A stretch of 64,000 nucleotides of DNA from Dipteris shenzhenensis (lineage: Eukaryota), in NCBI GenBank assembly GCA_047967505.1, contig CM106538.1. One strand, given 5' to 3'. A model generated the notes under the pieces. It did no database searches. It was not told where the DNA came from and saw only the letters and a program-made list of their open reading frames with translations. Of the stretch, positions 35,572-49,048 are shown one piece after another (position 1 is the first letter of the stretch; each line of letters begins with the position of its first letter). Position numbers and translations under genes: made by a program.

Positions 35572-35692
35572 TGTATGTATGTATATGTATATGTATGTAT
35601 TGTAATATATATATGTGTGTGTACACACACACACACATATACATACATACATGCATACATACTTACATACATACACACACACACACATATAT

Positions 35693-35730
<38 letters not shown>

Positions 35731-35754
35731 ACACACACATACATATTGTGTGTA

Positions 35755-36376
35755 TGTCTTGCGTCTGAGCAACTCTTGGCACGGAGACATATTGGTCCAG
35801 CTATTTGTCACAGATGTTTGGCTCCACAAGAATATGTGCCTCATCTCCTTTGGCATTGGTCTTCTTTGGCAGCGTTTGAGAGCTAGATTTCCTACTGCTG
35901 CCTTTGGGAAGCATTTTTGGCTTTTTGGGATTCACCCACGTAGACAGGAGTTTGAGTTGTTCTTCACTTGGGTTCGTTACTAGGCACTCTGGACTCTATG
36001 GAAGGATAGAAATCATATAGTCTTTGGTGGTCCTACTTTTTCCACTTTTCCTTTTTTGGATGCTCTCTGTAGCAATCTTTTTTTTAATTGTCTCCAAACC
36101 AATTACATAGACTATAATGTATACAAGTCATATAGTGAGATCTTCAACTGATGTAATTTTGGGATCCCCAATCAGGGGAAGCCATTGTGTAATATAAAGC
36201 ATCACTCTATGGAACGATAGAAATTATAGAGTCTTTTGTGATCCTACTTTCTCCTTTTTCAGGTGCTCCTTGTTGTCATACAGCGAGATCTTCTGTCGAT
36301 GTACTTTCGCACATCCCATTTTGGGATAGTTACTCTCTAATATAAAGTCTCAAAAATTTTCACCCAAAAAAAAAAA
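35755..36376 (+). mobile_element. 5'-truncated L1 (family A subfamily) with a duplicated 3' end, embedded in GT/AT microsatellites
   Basis: LLARRHIGPAICHRC..VPHLLW..FGKHFWLFG; two 3' ends (~35995-36200 and ~36205-36376); poly(A) followed by (GT)n. Confidence 0.85.
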
Positions 36377-36889
36377 GTGTGTGTGTGTGTGTGTATATAT
36401 GTATATTGGGTGTGTATGTGTGTGTGTGTGTGTGTGTGTACACGAGAAGCCAAGAAAGAAGAATGTTTTCAGTAAATATCTTCCCATATTTTCGAGCTTC
36501 TCTGCTTCAATCTCCATAGGATTCCCATTGCTTTGGAGACCTTCCTCAGGCCCATTTGGAAGTTTTTAATTACTGTTTTTAGTTATGAGTAGTAGCTGTC
36601 CCACTCTGGGACAGCTATGAATGTAAATGCTTTCCTAACGCAAAACTTATTTTACAAAAAAAAAAAGAGTCTACACACACACACATATGAACGTGCGTGC
36701 GCACGCACGCGCGCGCGCGTGTGTGTGTTGTTAGCTGTGTGTGTGTGTGAGAGAGAGAGAGATTTGTGTGTGTGCCAGTGTGTGTGTGTGAGAGAGAGAG
36801 AGAGAGCTGAGGAGCGCGACCGTGCCATCCCCGCGAGCTCGTCAGGGTCCCCGGTGCCTTCCACTCCCCGTCGTGACCTTTGCAGCCTC

Positions 36890-37312
36890 AAGTACAGCCT
36901 GTACGGCTGTTCCGTACAGATTCCAGCCTGCCGCTGCTGTTCAGTACAGGCCCGCGTCCTCCTAGGTTTGATCGCTGCTACCAGCCACCTCTCTAGTCCT
37001 CTATCTGGTCTCTTTTCCGCCTCGTTTCTAGCCTCCTGCAGTTCTCTGTTTTTTTTGTGTGTGTTGTGGTGCGATCTCTGCCTTTCAGCCTTGTCAGGGT
37101 TTCCGTACACCTGTACGGTCCCCGTACAGCTCCCGTACACTGTTCGTACGGTCCAGTCTGCATCTCCGTACGGATCTGCACACAGTTCCGTACAGTCCCG
37201 CTTGCAACTCTGTCCAGTCCCGTGTCTGCATCTCTGTATAGTTCCGTCTCCAACACCGTACACATCTGCTGTTTTTTTCTGTACTTTTCCGTACAGTCCC
37301 GTGTCAGTACGC
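36890..37312 (+). promoter_or_regulatory. L1 5' UTR GTAC/CCGTAC cluster
   Basis: About 15 GTAC in ~420 bp (manual count), mostly CCGTAC. Confidence 0.6.
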
Positions 37313-37347
37313 TCTTTTTCTCCTTCTTGTCTTGCCACAGCTCAATC

Positions 37348-38533
37348 ATGGCTTCAGACTTGGATGTTTGTACATATGCTCGCAAAGAAAGACCTGCAAA
37401 TGCTAAGCGTCGTCTATTAGAACCTGCATCACAAGATGATGAACTTACTGTGGAAGCTCAGTACGTGTTTGACACCCTCAAGGATGACTTTCAGCAGTCA
37501 CGACAGGAATGGGGCAAACCGGTTCCAAAGGTCACGTACAAATTGAAATTGCCTTCTCTCGTGAATCCTCTCAGAGAGTTGTCTCAAACTGCAGTTATAA
37601 TTTTCTTTTGAGGAAGAATCCCAGCGGCCAGCGATGTCGCGCAGTGGATTAAGTCCATCCTTGGAGGATGGTTTGTAGAGGGAGTGTATTTTGCTTCCAG
37701 AGGCTTTTAAGAGGTGCATTTATCAGATACTTTGTGCAAGCAGAGACTCCTTGAATTCTCTCCCCTGTTTTACGGCAAGCAGATGGTACATGCTATGCCC
37801 TGGTCCCCAAACAAGGATTATCAAAGTCTTATACGACATCATTGTCCTGTATGGGTTGAAGTTGTTAACTTCCCGGACTATATGCGTGAAGAGTTGCCTG
37901 GCCTGGCTGCTTCTCTGGGACAGGTCATTTGTCCTCCACGGCCTATGGGAAATCGTAACAGGTTCTGCATTCTCTGGGACATTGATACACCTACCCCTCC
38001 TTCTATTGCAGTGGAAGTTGAGGGAGTGCAATTGGGAAAAAAGTATTTTGAATTGAAGTGGGGAGTGTTTGCAGGAGCTTGTTTTGCCTGCCACAAGTTT
38101 GGGCATCTAGCCTCTGAATGCCCAATGGTTCTGCATCAGCCCCCTCCTAATGCCTTGCCGCCCCAAACACGGGAAATGAATGAGAATTTGCAAGCTAAGA
38201 CAGCAAATAGAAATGGAGCAAAGAGTGCCAAACCAATCAATCAGGTGCAGCCACTTGCTGGAAAAGGAAAAGATAAAGGAAAAGAGAAGATGAAGGAATC
38301 TGCGGGGATTGATCAGGAAGGCTTTCAACAACCTAAGAAGGTGGTTATATTGAAGCAACGCCCCCTTCAATCTCGTCAATGGGATGCTTCTTCTCCCTCA
38401 CCCGGACAGGCTTCTACTTCAGCTCCTATCCTTCGCAATTGGGTGGGGCTATTGAAGAAGGGCATCCCCATATGTGATTCAGAAGAAGGGGAAAATGCTC
38501 TGTCTTTCATGGATCCTGAAGGAATGCAGCCAA
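37348..38533 (+). pseudogene. L1 ORF1 with premature stops
   Basis: MASDLDVCTY start; CFACHKFGHLASEC; stops at ~37609 and ~37708; a ~100-bp deletion removes the ORF1/ORF2 junction seen at 4575-4672. Confidence 0.9.
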
Positions 38534-41500
38534 TGTACAGAGCCTCTGCAATGTCTCCAAGTGGAGGCTTTTCTGGAATTATGTACATAAAATGCAGCCA
38601 GATATTGTTTCCTTGCAAGAACATAATCAACACTCTAAGGTTGGTCATCATGATCACTTTGGCGGTTATGATATATATTATGCTGGTACCACTACCTACT
38701 CCGGTGTATGCATACTGGTTAGACATGAGCTGGAACCTCAGTTAGCATTCAATGACAGCAGTGGCAGATGGATGGTCATACAATTTAATGTCAATGGTGA
38801 TATTTTTGAGTTTGCATCAGTTTATGCTTCCCAGACCTCTGCCATGAGGGCTTCATTATGGGATTCTTTATGCAGATATCCATGGAGATCCAATGCATTC
38901 ATCTGTGGAGATTTTAATAATTCCCCTCTACCAAGAGATAACACCACTTCAAGATCTCATAAGCTATCATTACAAAGGCATTAATGGGATAGCATGCTAC
39001 TTTCTGTGCAGGCTGAAGATTTATGGCTGCTTCTCCAAGGGTCAGTGCCTAGATATACTTTTCATCATAATGCACTTACTACATACTGGGCAAGGCTTGA
39101 CAGATGGTATTTGTTTTACCCACAACAATTTGCAGATTTTAGCCCTCATCTCTTCATAGATTTCTCATTGGGCTTGTCAGATCATGCCCCGTTGTGGATG
39201 AATTTTCAGATTGGCATGCCTCTGGATGATTTGCCACCCCTTTCCAGTAGATTGCTGCATGTTAATCAGGCTTACTTCTGACATCACTATTTCCAGCAAA
39301 TGATCAGACTTGTAATTCATCCTTTGCCTTTGCATGCCCAGGAGGTCATGAATTATGCTTGGGACAGTTTTGTTTCTCGTATACAGAATGTCATTAGTGA
39401 GTATGGCACCTGGCATATGACTGAATGGAGGAATGAGGTTGAATGGGCAAAAAGGACAGCACAACAATTGACTGACCTTCTCAGTCAAGGCCTCTCTCTG
39501 ATTCAGAAAATGATTCCCTTTCACATGCTCGGATTAAATTGACTGCTAATGATCAGAGGAAATTGCACAAATGGCAGATTAGAGCAAGAATGAAGCTCCT
39601 CATGGATAAGGGCTGCTCATCAAAAGCCTTTTTCCAGGGCCTGCATGCTACTCGAAAGAAAAACTCATGTCTAAGGGTAAGGAAGCTAGATGGCTCTTGG
39701 ACGCACTCTTTCTCTGATCTCCAAGATGAATGCCAAAATTATTTCCAGAAATTGTTCTCTGCTCCTGGTTCCCCATCAAATCAAATGACTGATGCGAGGA
39801 CTGAATTCCTCCAATATGTTTCTGAAATAGTGGAAATGGATGATGCTCTTACCTTGGAGAGACCTTTACTGATACAGAACTTGATAATGCATTGTTCCAC
39901 CTCAGCAAATACAAGTCCCCTGACTAGGATGGCCTTACGGTGGAATTTTATATTTCTTTTTGGGATGATTTGAAAGATGTCCTCTTGCAAATGATCAATG
40001 TTGCCTGCCAAGAAAATCAGTTACCGCACTCTTGGAAGCATGGCATAGTCAAACTTGTGCCCAAAAAACATCTGTGTGACCATATGTCAGATTGGAGGCC
40101 TATTACTTTGATGCCTGTAGTTTACAAACTCATTGCCAAAATGATTGTGTATAGGCTTCACAGGATACTGAATGCAGGCCTTCATCCTCAGCAGTATGGG
40201 TTTGTGCCGCGAAGACAAATCCATGACAATATCTCCAATGCATTGATTGCAATTGAATATGCTAAGTACTCGCATCAAGATGTGCTCATATTGCAGGTAG
40301 ATATTGCTAAGGCATTTGACACTGTTCAATGAGATTTTATCTCTCAAATCATGACAAAGTTGGGCTTTGGTCCAAAGATAGCAAATGCAGTTTATTGGCT
40401 TTATTCTGGCTCTACTTCTCAGTGCATTCTTGGGGGTCATCTATCTCGGTCATGGACATTGGGTAGATTAGTTAGACAGGGCTGCCCTCTTAGTGCTCTC
40501 TTCTATGCCATTGCAACCCATCCCCTCTTAATGTATCTTGATCATCTTACAAACACAGGACAGATGACTGGTCTTAAAATCCTTGGACTGCATCTTTTTT
40601 GGCACAAGCATATGCTGATGATTCCTTCTTTATGCCACAGAATTCTCCCCGGGAAGTTCACATGCTTATGACCACTCTATCATTGTATGGATTGGCAACG
40701 GGATTGCATGTTAATTTTGACAAATCTAAATTGCTTCCCCTGAAACAATGTGACTGGCATTCTATTCTCTGGCCAGGTCAGGTGGTGCATTCCAAAGATG
40801 TAGTCAGGCATTTGGGATATCCTATAGGATGGCATATCACCAGGAAGCAGCAGTTAAAATGGATCTTCCAAAGACTTCAACATAAACTAGAATACTAGAA
40901 AATTTCTACTTGGCCGCTTCATGTCAGGCTCAGAATAGTACAGTCCATTGTAATGTCCTATGTCCAGTTCTTTTAGCCTTTGCTGCATTGGTCCTCCGGA
41001 GATATTTCAGCCTTTATGTCTCAAGCTATGAAGATGTTATGGAGGACAAAAACTGCTATGAAAGCATTGAGACTGATGAAGATGGAAATGGTGTGCTCTC
41101 CTAGGATGCATGGTGGACTTAATATCCTCAATATAAGATATCATGTACTTGCAAGGAAGGCAACTATGCTCCATACCTTTTTCCACCAACAACAGCCATG
41201 GACTTGTATGATAGCATCCATGTGTGTCAACATGAGGACTTCTACTTATGGTCATTGGACTGGAGGTTGTCATTGGGAGATTTGTAGGGAAGATACCTGG
41301 CTGTCCTTTCTCTACTGCTCTGATACCTGACTGGAAACAAGTACTTTCTAAGGTCAAATGGGCTCCTGATAATTGCTCGGGGACAAACTCAATGAGGAAA
41401 GAAAGTATTCATTGGAGTGCCATCTTTGACATTCCACTCGCTTTACAGGAACCTGTTAGGACATACAATCTCATGAAATTGGGAATTAGATACATACATG

Positions 41501-42270
41501 ATGTGGTAGATAATCAGGGCTATTTCTTATCTTTTCCTCAGGCCACTGCTTCCTATGCATTGGATTGGGAATGCACCATAGGTCGATATGGAAGAAAATC
41601 GCTGATTTGTTACATCCTTTTCTACCTGTTCCCCCTGTGGCTGACACAGACAGGCTATTGGATTGGCAATTGCAACCCTCTACTACATGCTCTCATCCTG
41701 TTCCTCTGCCTGCCTTGACCTCCATCAAAGCCTACAGGCTTCTTCAGCCTGCTCCATGGATTCAGCAATATGCTAATACTCTGTGGCATATCAGGAAGCC
41801 CCTCTCATGGTGGCGGAAGAATCTCCGGATATCATGGAAGTGTAAAATGCCTTTGAAACAAAGACTTTTTCTTTGGAGATGCATGACAGGCACATTGTCA
41901 GTGGGAGTCACACTTGCCAAACGACGCATTGCACCATCCACATGTTTAAGATGTCAGGCTCCTTCAGAGATTGTCCCTCATTTGCTTTGGCACTGCCCGT
42001 GTTCTAGGAACCTCCTCGGGAGAATTTCAGATCATCTTCGACTCCGTTTCCCAAGTCACAGATTTGGGAAACATTTTTGGTTATTTGGCAGATTTATGAG
42101 GTCTTTGTCTCAATACTCACTATTTCTCTCTTGAGTGAGATATTGGGCTCTTTGGACAATCTGGAGTGAGCATAATTTGGCATACTTGGGTCGGCAAATT
42201 CACAAGTCATATGAATCTTTCCGAGCCTCATTGCGGCAATCTTTATACGATGCCTGCCATGAGGGTGATA
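38534..42270 (+). pseudogene. L1 ORF2 (EN-RT-zf-RVT), frameshifted
   Basis: GDFNN, SDHAP, WRPITL, QYGFVPRRQI, VDIAKAFDTV, RQGCPLS, YADD, HGGLNI, CLRCQAPSEIVPHLLWHCP. Confidence 0.95.
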
Positions 42271-42929
42271 TAGATGCTTCTTGCATAGAGCTTTTCTTTT
42301 AAGTGGACTGAAACTCATAGGAGATGTGTTAAATTGGTACATACCCTAGAGGCAAAGCTATACTAGAATAGTTAGAAAAGAGGACACAGTAATTGAGTTG
42401 AAACCTGGAAGATCGGCACTCCATCGAATGTTCTCCTTTTTGAATCATTTTGTTCTCTAGCCTGAAAAGAAGGAATAACGTGATGAGCTTCTACATATTA
42501 TACTTGATTAGCTTTCTTTCAAAGAAGAAAAGAAAGAAAGAGTTATCTTAGAGATACCATACTTTGACAGCCTATAAAATCCGTACATGATCAAGGAGTA
42601 CAAGTTGAGTCTATATCAATGAGATTAGCCATATTGCCAATAAATAAGTGCACACTGAGATACGACGAATAGTTGGCCCCACTTTGCAAATCGTCAATCT
42701 GCATAGAGATGCTCATTCCCGCTTATAGTTTCTTGCATGAACATGAGACACAATGTGGTGGAGCCTTTGCATTGGAGTTGTTGCCTTTATCAATACTACT
42801 GTATAGACTGCAGTTGGGTTCAGTAGCACTGCTTAAAGAAACTGGGCCATGTGCTATTCCTAAAGCTTGAGATAGTCTGGTCGATTTCCATGGAGACAAG
42901 TACCCATTTCCTTTGTATGGTCATTTTAA

Positions 42930-43720
42930 AAATCCCAAAAAGTGCAAAAACAAAAAACAAGCCATTTAAAGGGAGCTATGGTATAAGCTGAATTTTGGGC
43001 TTCATGTTTGTTGAGCTTGAGACTCTTCAAAAAGCCACCAGAAAAATGAAAATTTTCAACATGTAATTTCAGAACAGCTTCTATGGGACAATTGGAAAAA
43101 TCAGATCTACTCAAGAAACTGTGGATGCAAGATCAATGCATAACACATTGCAGGGATCCAAGCAGAGACTGTGCTCTGTATTTAAAGATCTTAAATTTTC
43201 TGCTATTGGGACAATTTTGCAACCTCAAGGATTGGAAGAAGACAATGGCAAGAAGCTGAAGAAATCTGTTTTGAGGATGTTCATTGTTATGTGACCTGTA
43301 AGCAGTGAGTTCCTGCTGTGAAGACCAATAAGCAGATGAAAGCACAGCAATAAACTTGAACTGCCATCCTAGAAGCAAATTGGAAAGCCAACCGAATGGA
43401 AATGGCACCTCAAATTCATTTCACATCTCAAATTCAAACTCTAGTCCAAACACCTAGCTATCTTCTGACGTGGAGAGTTAGAGTGAACATGAAATGTTAC
43501 TCCACACATTCAGAACCACCAATCACCCTGAGAGGTACTTTTTGCATCATTGTAGCAAACGTTCTACATCTATGAGTTGCCTATCCTGATAGAACCATCT
43601 ATGGTGCCACTTTTTCATACCATTGGCTTGCTTTCATCTTTGACAGGATGGATAAATGACACTCTCGCTGGGTCCTGACCAACACCCCAACAACACTGGT
43701 GACCTGCCATCCAAACCAAC
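42930..43720 (-). pseudogene. Possible highly degraded F-box/LRR-type gene fragment
   Basis: Only faint remnants across frames (SILSK-W-like near 43640; LRLQNCP; LKSLKL). Confidence 0.2.
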
Positions 43721-44047
43721 CAAAGATATTCCAGAGTTGTGCGTGGTGGCTCAATGGCAAGCAAAAATTATCCTCATACTCCTAGTGAGAAGAGAATGTT
43801 TGCACAAACCTACTGGTAATAAATTGAAAAACCAAAGGGCCAAATTAGCATACAAACCCAAAGTACAGCATTCACCCCTACCAATGTTCATTGGTGAATT
43901 GATCCCGCAACAAGTAATCAAAATCCATACAGAAGCACAACCCATAAAACACAAGAAACCTGCAGAGATCCAAATCATTACAAGATGAAAATCGTATGGA
44001 TGTACCATCTTAGAATCTGTGCAAAAAAACTTCTAAGTCCCTTGTGT

Positions 44048-46491
44048 TGTTGTCAGGTGGGCCTTCCTATAGCCCATCTTCCCGTCTTCATACAATTTCA
44101 CCCATGCCACACAAACCCCCTTGATAGTTCTCGACGTCTAACTTATGCACCAAGCACCAGGTAGGTCCCGTGCACCAAGCAACCCTAGAGTGCAAGAGAG
44201 GGCATCTACTACCCAAGCACTAGTACTGTTCACATCCAAGAGCAGGGTTCACTGGTCAACTGAGGGGTGAGAGGAAATGACTGTCAACAAAAACGACCTC
44301 AAAGGGGAGGGCAGAAAAAATAGGTGGAGCGGAGACGCAGACACCAAGGCTGCACACGGACTCTGACTCTAAAACCAACAAGAAGGCTAGTGAAAAGCCC
44401 GTTCTACCTAGATGATTTATTTGAGTTAGCTGCTCCTGCGAGCCCTCCCCCCTCCTTCCGTAGCCTCTACCTCCCTACCCTCCTCCGCTTCACTCCCTCG
44501 CCCTCGCCCCCCCTCGCCCTCGCCTTACCCCCCTCGCCCTCGCCTCACACCCCTCGCCCCTCGCCTCGCCCCGCCACCACGCCCTCACCCCTCGCCCCTC
44601 GCCCCCTCGCAACTCACCCCCCCGCCCCTCGCCTCGCCCCTCCGCCTCGCCCCTCGCCCCTCCGCCCCTCGCCCCTCCGCCCTTCCGCCTCGCCCCTCAC
44701 CCCCCCGCCCTCCGCCCTCGCCCTTCACCCCCCCGCCCTCCGCCCTCGCCCTTCACCCCTCCGCCCCTCCGCCCTCGCCCCTCGCCCTCGTCCCTCCCCC
44801 CCCGCCCTCGCCTCCGCCGCCGTCCCTCTCCCTCGCCTTCGACCTCTGCCCTCCGCTCTCGCCTCCGCCCTCCGCCCCCTTCCGCCTTCCGCCCTCCGCC
44901 CCCGCCATCGCCTCCGCTTCCTCCGCCCGCCTCGCTTCGCCTCGCCTTATCCTCCTCCGTCACACCCAGGCTCCATCCCTCGTCTATCTCCCCCCTTTTT
45001 GGTGGCAGCCTCTTCTTCATCGGAGGTCTCGCAGTTTGTCTTGGCGGTATGGCGGCTCCCTGCCCGGAACCGGAGGCCCAGCCGGACCCTCCCTCTCCAG
45101 ATGCCTACCGCGTGATCTTGACAGAGCAACAGTCGTCTCGGGTACAACAGGTTGCCAATGACTTTGCCCTCACTTCCGTCTATGGCAGAGTCATTGGACA
45201 CTCTCCCTCCAGATCAGCCATTAGGGACTGGCTCCAGTCCACTCTTATGCTAGAGGACAGCCACATCGAGGAGGTGGCCCTTATGGGAAGGGGCATCTCA
45301 CGACATTGGGCAGGAGAGTTCTCGGGAGGATGCAGAGCCGCCCGCCCACCTAGCGGCCCAGTTGGTATGCTCAGGGTATCTCCAGGCTATTTTTGCAGGC
45401 CTTCTGGAAGGCCTTGTGGGAGAGCTGGCGGCCGCGGAAGATTTCCTACTTCCTTTGGCTACTCGCCCACAAGGGTCTCCCAGTGGGGAGCTGGTTGCGG
45501 CAGATTGGTCAGGATGGACTTTGTCAGATTTGTCATGAGGACGAGGAGTCACCAAAACACTGCCTATGGAGCTGCACTCGCGCCCAGGAAGTGTGGAGGT
45601 GGACCTTCGGGATCCTTATTCGCGCAGCACCGGAGCTAGGTTTGATCAACTGGGGCACGTTCTGCTGGTGCAACACCACACCTGGCTTTCATCAGTTGTT
45701 CGAGGCAGACCTGCAGGACCCCATGTTCCTTATCACACAGGGGACTTGGGGGCCGCTCGAGGGCATCCCGCCGCACCTGGCAGAGGCAGACACAGGATCT
45801 CAGGAGAGGCAACCAGTCTGGGAGATTATTAGCAGCATCGCTGGTTGGCACATTTGGACCTCGCGCTGCGCGCAGATCCTCGATGGTACCTCTCTTTCGA
45901 CTGCCCACGTCATGGCCGACATCTGGAGTGAGATTATACACACTCAGAGGCCAGTGGGACCAGATACAGGGAGATTCCCGAGCTGGCCAGGAGAAGCGGA
46001 GACGTTTCCTCCGAGATTGGGATACGCACGTCGCAGGGCCTCTTCTTCGAGCATACTTCTCAGGGCCTTCAGTGGCGCTATTCACCACCTCTCTAGCTGT
46101 TTATTCACACCCGCCTGATCCCTCCGTGAGAGAGAGCTTTTTGTTTCCATTTAGGGCTGCGTCCGATTTGTGAACGCAGCCCCGTCAGCTGCAAAACTGA
46201 CCTCATGTATCTTGTTTTTTTGAAGTAATATAATCAGCACTGTTTTTTCGGCAAAAAAAAGAAAAGCCTGTTCTACATCAGACTCAAGACTTAAGAACCC
46301 TAGGAATCTAGAATATCAATTCCAACAACCGCTTCCCGAAATTGACCTTGGAACCCTGCACAAGCTGCACAAAACGATTGGCCACATAGCATGGCCTTTG
46401 CTTGATCTTCCGGGGTACTCAGGGTGGCGCCGCTTGGCTCCTTGGTGGTAGCAGTTGAATTACGAGTTGGACAGGTAACCAAGGGCCAACA
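44048..46491 (-). mobile_element. Old LTR (starts TGTTGGCCCTT at 46491), interrupted by an L1
   Basis: Homologous to 50131-50738; left end approximate; no TSD. Confidence 0.6.
44408..46260 (+). mobile_element. Internally deleted (bipartite) family B L1 with both termini and a TSD
   Basis: TSD gaaaagcc(c/t)gttctac at 44392-44407 and 46261-46276; C-rich 5' UTR, ORF1 start 45049, junction ~45298 to zf-RVT (RPRKISYFLWLLAH..CQIC..HCLWSC), poly(A). Confidence 0.92.
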
Positions 46492-49048
46492 TTTTGCCTT
46501 GGCTTTAAGTGAGCCGTGTCCTCACGAGTCTACATTGACTCAGACTAGCCATTGTTTAAAACTTGCAGGCCAGATGGAGGGCTTCTGGGTGCCGAGACTC
46601 AAAACTAGCTTTGCGCCTCTTGGGAGTTGGGATGCTACCAATGCAAGGACAATGGTGGCTGGTGCAATTGAGAGCCGTAGAGGGACGAGGTGCCTCTGAT
46701 GGGCTGGGCAAGACCAGCCTATAAAAGAAACCAGGTTGTCCAGGAGCTGGTGGTCGAGGCCAAGGGTAAAGAGAGCTGATGTCGACCAGCTCCTTTTGTG
46801 AAGGTTGCAACCAATGCTCTGCCCATTGTTTAGCAATGAGATCGACATCTGGGTCTACAATGCCAAGTTCCTCAAATTTAAACCTGTAGCATTTGAACTG
46901 TGAAGGGGGCTCAGCCTGCTTGGAGACCCGCCAAGCGATCGGACTTCGCCAAACATCAAGCACATGGGCTGTTCATGGCTTCTCTGACTATCGATCCCAT
47001 TAACTACTCAACTAGTTTCAGCAACTTTGTGTAGTACACAGGCAAAGTATCCATGGTTAGCCTGGGTAAGTCATTGACCTACTGCATGAGCGCCTGGTGC
47101 TCGGTCTTGAATGTCACGTTCCGGTGCTGGGCTGTCTTTTGTTGCCAAGCCCGATCGTGGATGGAGACTTCGGGTGGCAGGTCACCTAGCTGTTCTGTTT
47201 GATGCAAGGGCCATGAGGAATCAAATAGAGCTCGCCGGGGCCCAATTGCCTCTATTGTAGGCAATTCTAGAGTTCTATAGGATACCTGGAAACGAGACCT
47301 ATATAGTACAGAGTGCAAAATGCCGTTGGGGATGTGCACATCATGTAAAACTAGCAAAACTTCTTGTGCAATAGGTAGGGGCTCGGCTTTAGGTGAATGT
47401 CCTAAGGATGTTTGAATGGTTATCTTGACAAAATGAGGTGGAGAAGTTTGAGTACCTATTCCACCCAACAAGGAAAGAAGATCCTGCAAATATGAAGGGT
47501 ACATGTCGAGGCTCAAGACCCAGAAACAATAGAAGCTGTGCCGTAGTCTTCTCATCAAAGTCTGTCGCCTATTTGTTGGTTGGTGCCTGGCCCTTCATAG
47601 TTGCGGTGGTCTTAGACCAAATGGCTTTTGCTGAGATGGTCGAAGTACCAGTCTTGGCACCCCATCAAGAAACTGGGAACCACCCAGCCTATAGGCCCCG
47701 CCCTTGTCATCATCTGGCCCTCAACGCTAGGCCAACGTGCTGACGTGCTCCTCATGGGCATTTAACCGTTGTTGCAGAAAGGCCTAGATCTGTTCTAGAG
47801 TAGCCACCTTCACTTGGAGGGTGGCATTTTCTTGGTGCAGCTAGCGAGTCTCAGCAATTATGGTAGTACACTAGACAAGGGCCTTGTCTAGAGTCGTTTT
47901 TGGTTTGCTGCTAGGAATCGTCCCTGTGTGGCCACCGTGCTCTGGGCTTGCGCCAGCTATGCTAGGGTCTTGTGAAGTTGGCGGGTCACTTCTGCATGCT
48001 CCTCCTGTAGCCTCGTGTAGGTTCCCTAGAGACTATCGAGCTTGGCCTTCAACTTCTTCTATTCTGTGTTCACAAAGTCAAGTTCATCTCATAAAAGGCC
48101 ACAACCTTCTTCTCATAAGCCATATGCTCTCTCCTGTTTTACAGGAGAGCTTATCGAGGAATCCAGCTCCGCGCTACATAGAAGAAGGTACAGATAGGGG
48201 ACAAGGTCCAAGCTAGCGCCAATTGACCACTATAACATCACAGGTAAGATGACATTAAAAAAGGAACAATTGATTAATTCCTTCACCCTGTTATGCCTTT
48301 CAAGGTATCGACAGCATTAAAACATCTTGAGCAGTGTCACGGAACCAGATAGGCTCCAATTCATCCGACTACTCAGATGTTGTCCCGGCTTCATAGATAC
48401 CTAGTTATGCACTTTTCAAGCACATGGCGGATAACTGTTTCCCCCTTGACATTGACTCACTACAGTTGTTGCATGTAGTTGCTCATCATTTACGGACTCC
48501 ATGGTATCTTCGGTCATTGCGTTTTTGCCTTTGAGACGTGCCACAACCAGTTGCACGTCTGAGTTCCCTTGTCAACCAATTGCACGTCTGAGTCCATGGT
48601 AATCTGAGTTCCCTTGATGACTGCTTGGGCACCTAGCTATCCTACTTTATCCATAGGCTGCTCGTTCACTACCATTGCTCCTTCATGCAGCAAGACCCAA
48701 CGGCGTAATACTCCACCATCTGTACCTTGGTGATATAGTTGACCACTAATCAAAGTATATTTCCAAGCTTTCAGAGCCAACCAACTGCATTTGTCTCAGG
48801 GCATTTGCTCAGGAAATGTGCCTTGTGACAAGTACTGAAGCATTTCATCATACTTGGTTTAAGAAAAATCCATAGCAAACAAATATGCATCTGAAATCTC
48901 AGTTATCACTCCTTGATTGTCATCTGAGACAGGCAGCCGCCGTGATAAACAGTCTACCCCTACATGGGACCTACCTGCCTTATGAAGGATTGTGAAGTTG
49001 AACTCCTATAGCAATAGCACCATCTCACCAAACGTCCCTGAAGTACTG
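46492..49048 (-). mobile_element. Degraded Gypsy pol/internal region (RNase H end and downstream remnants)
   Basis: QGRLVRW/LLL*EFNFTILHKAGRSHVGVDCLSR at 49045-48938; the rest is poorly readable. Confidence 0.6.

Larger units (their letters stand above)
36806..42290 (+). mobile_element. Near full-length, inactivated L1 (family A)
   Basis: Starts after (GT)n(GA)n; 5' UTR, ORF1 and ORF2 (EN, RT, zf-RVT) are colinear; no poly(A) found. Confidence 0.93.

Noticed and set aside
35494-36810. His/Thr and Cys/Val-rich ORFs
   Set aside because: Translations of (CA)n/(GT)n/(AT)n microsatellites
46556-47558. Minus-strand ORFs as chromodomain or accessory genes
   Set aside because: No motif I can support; fragmented
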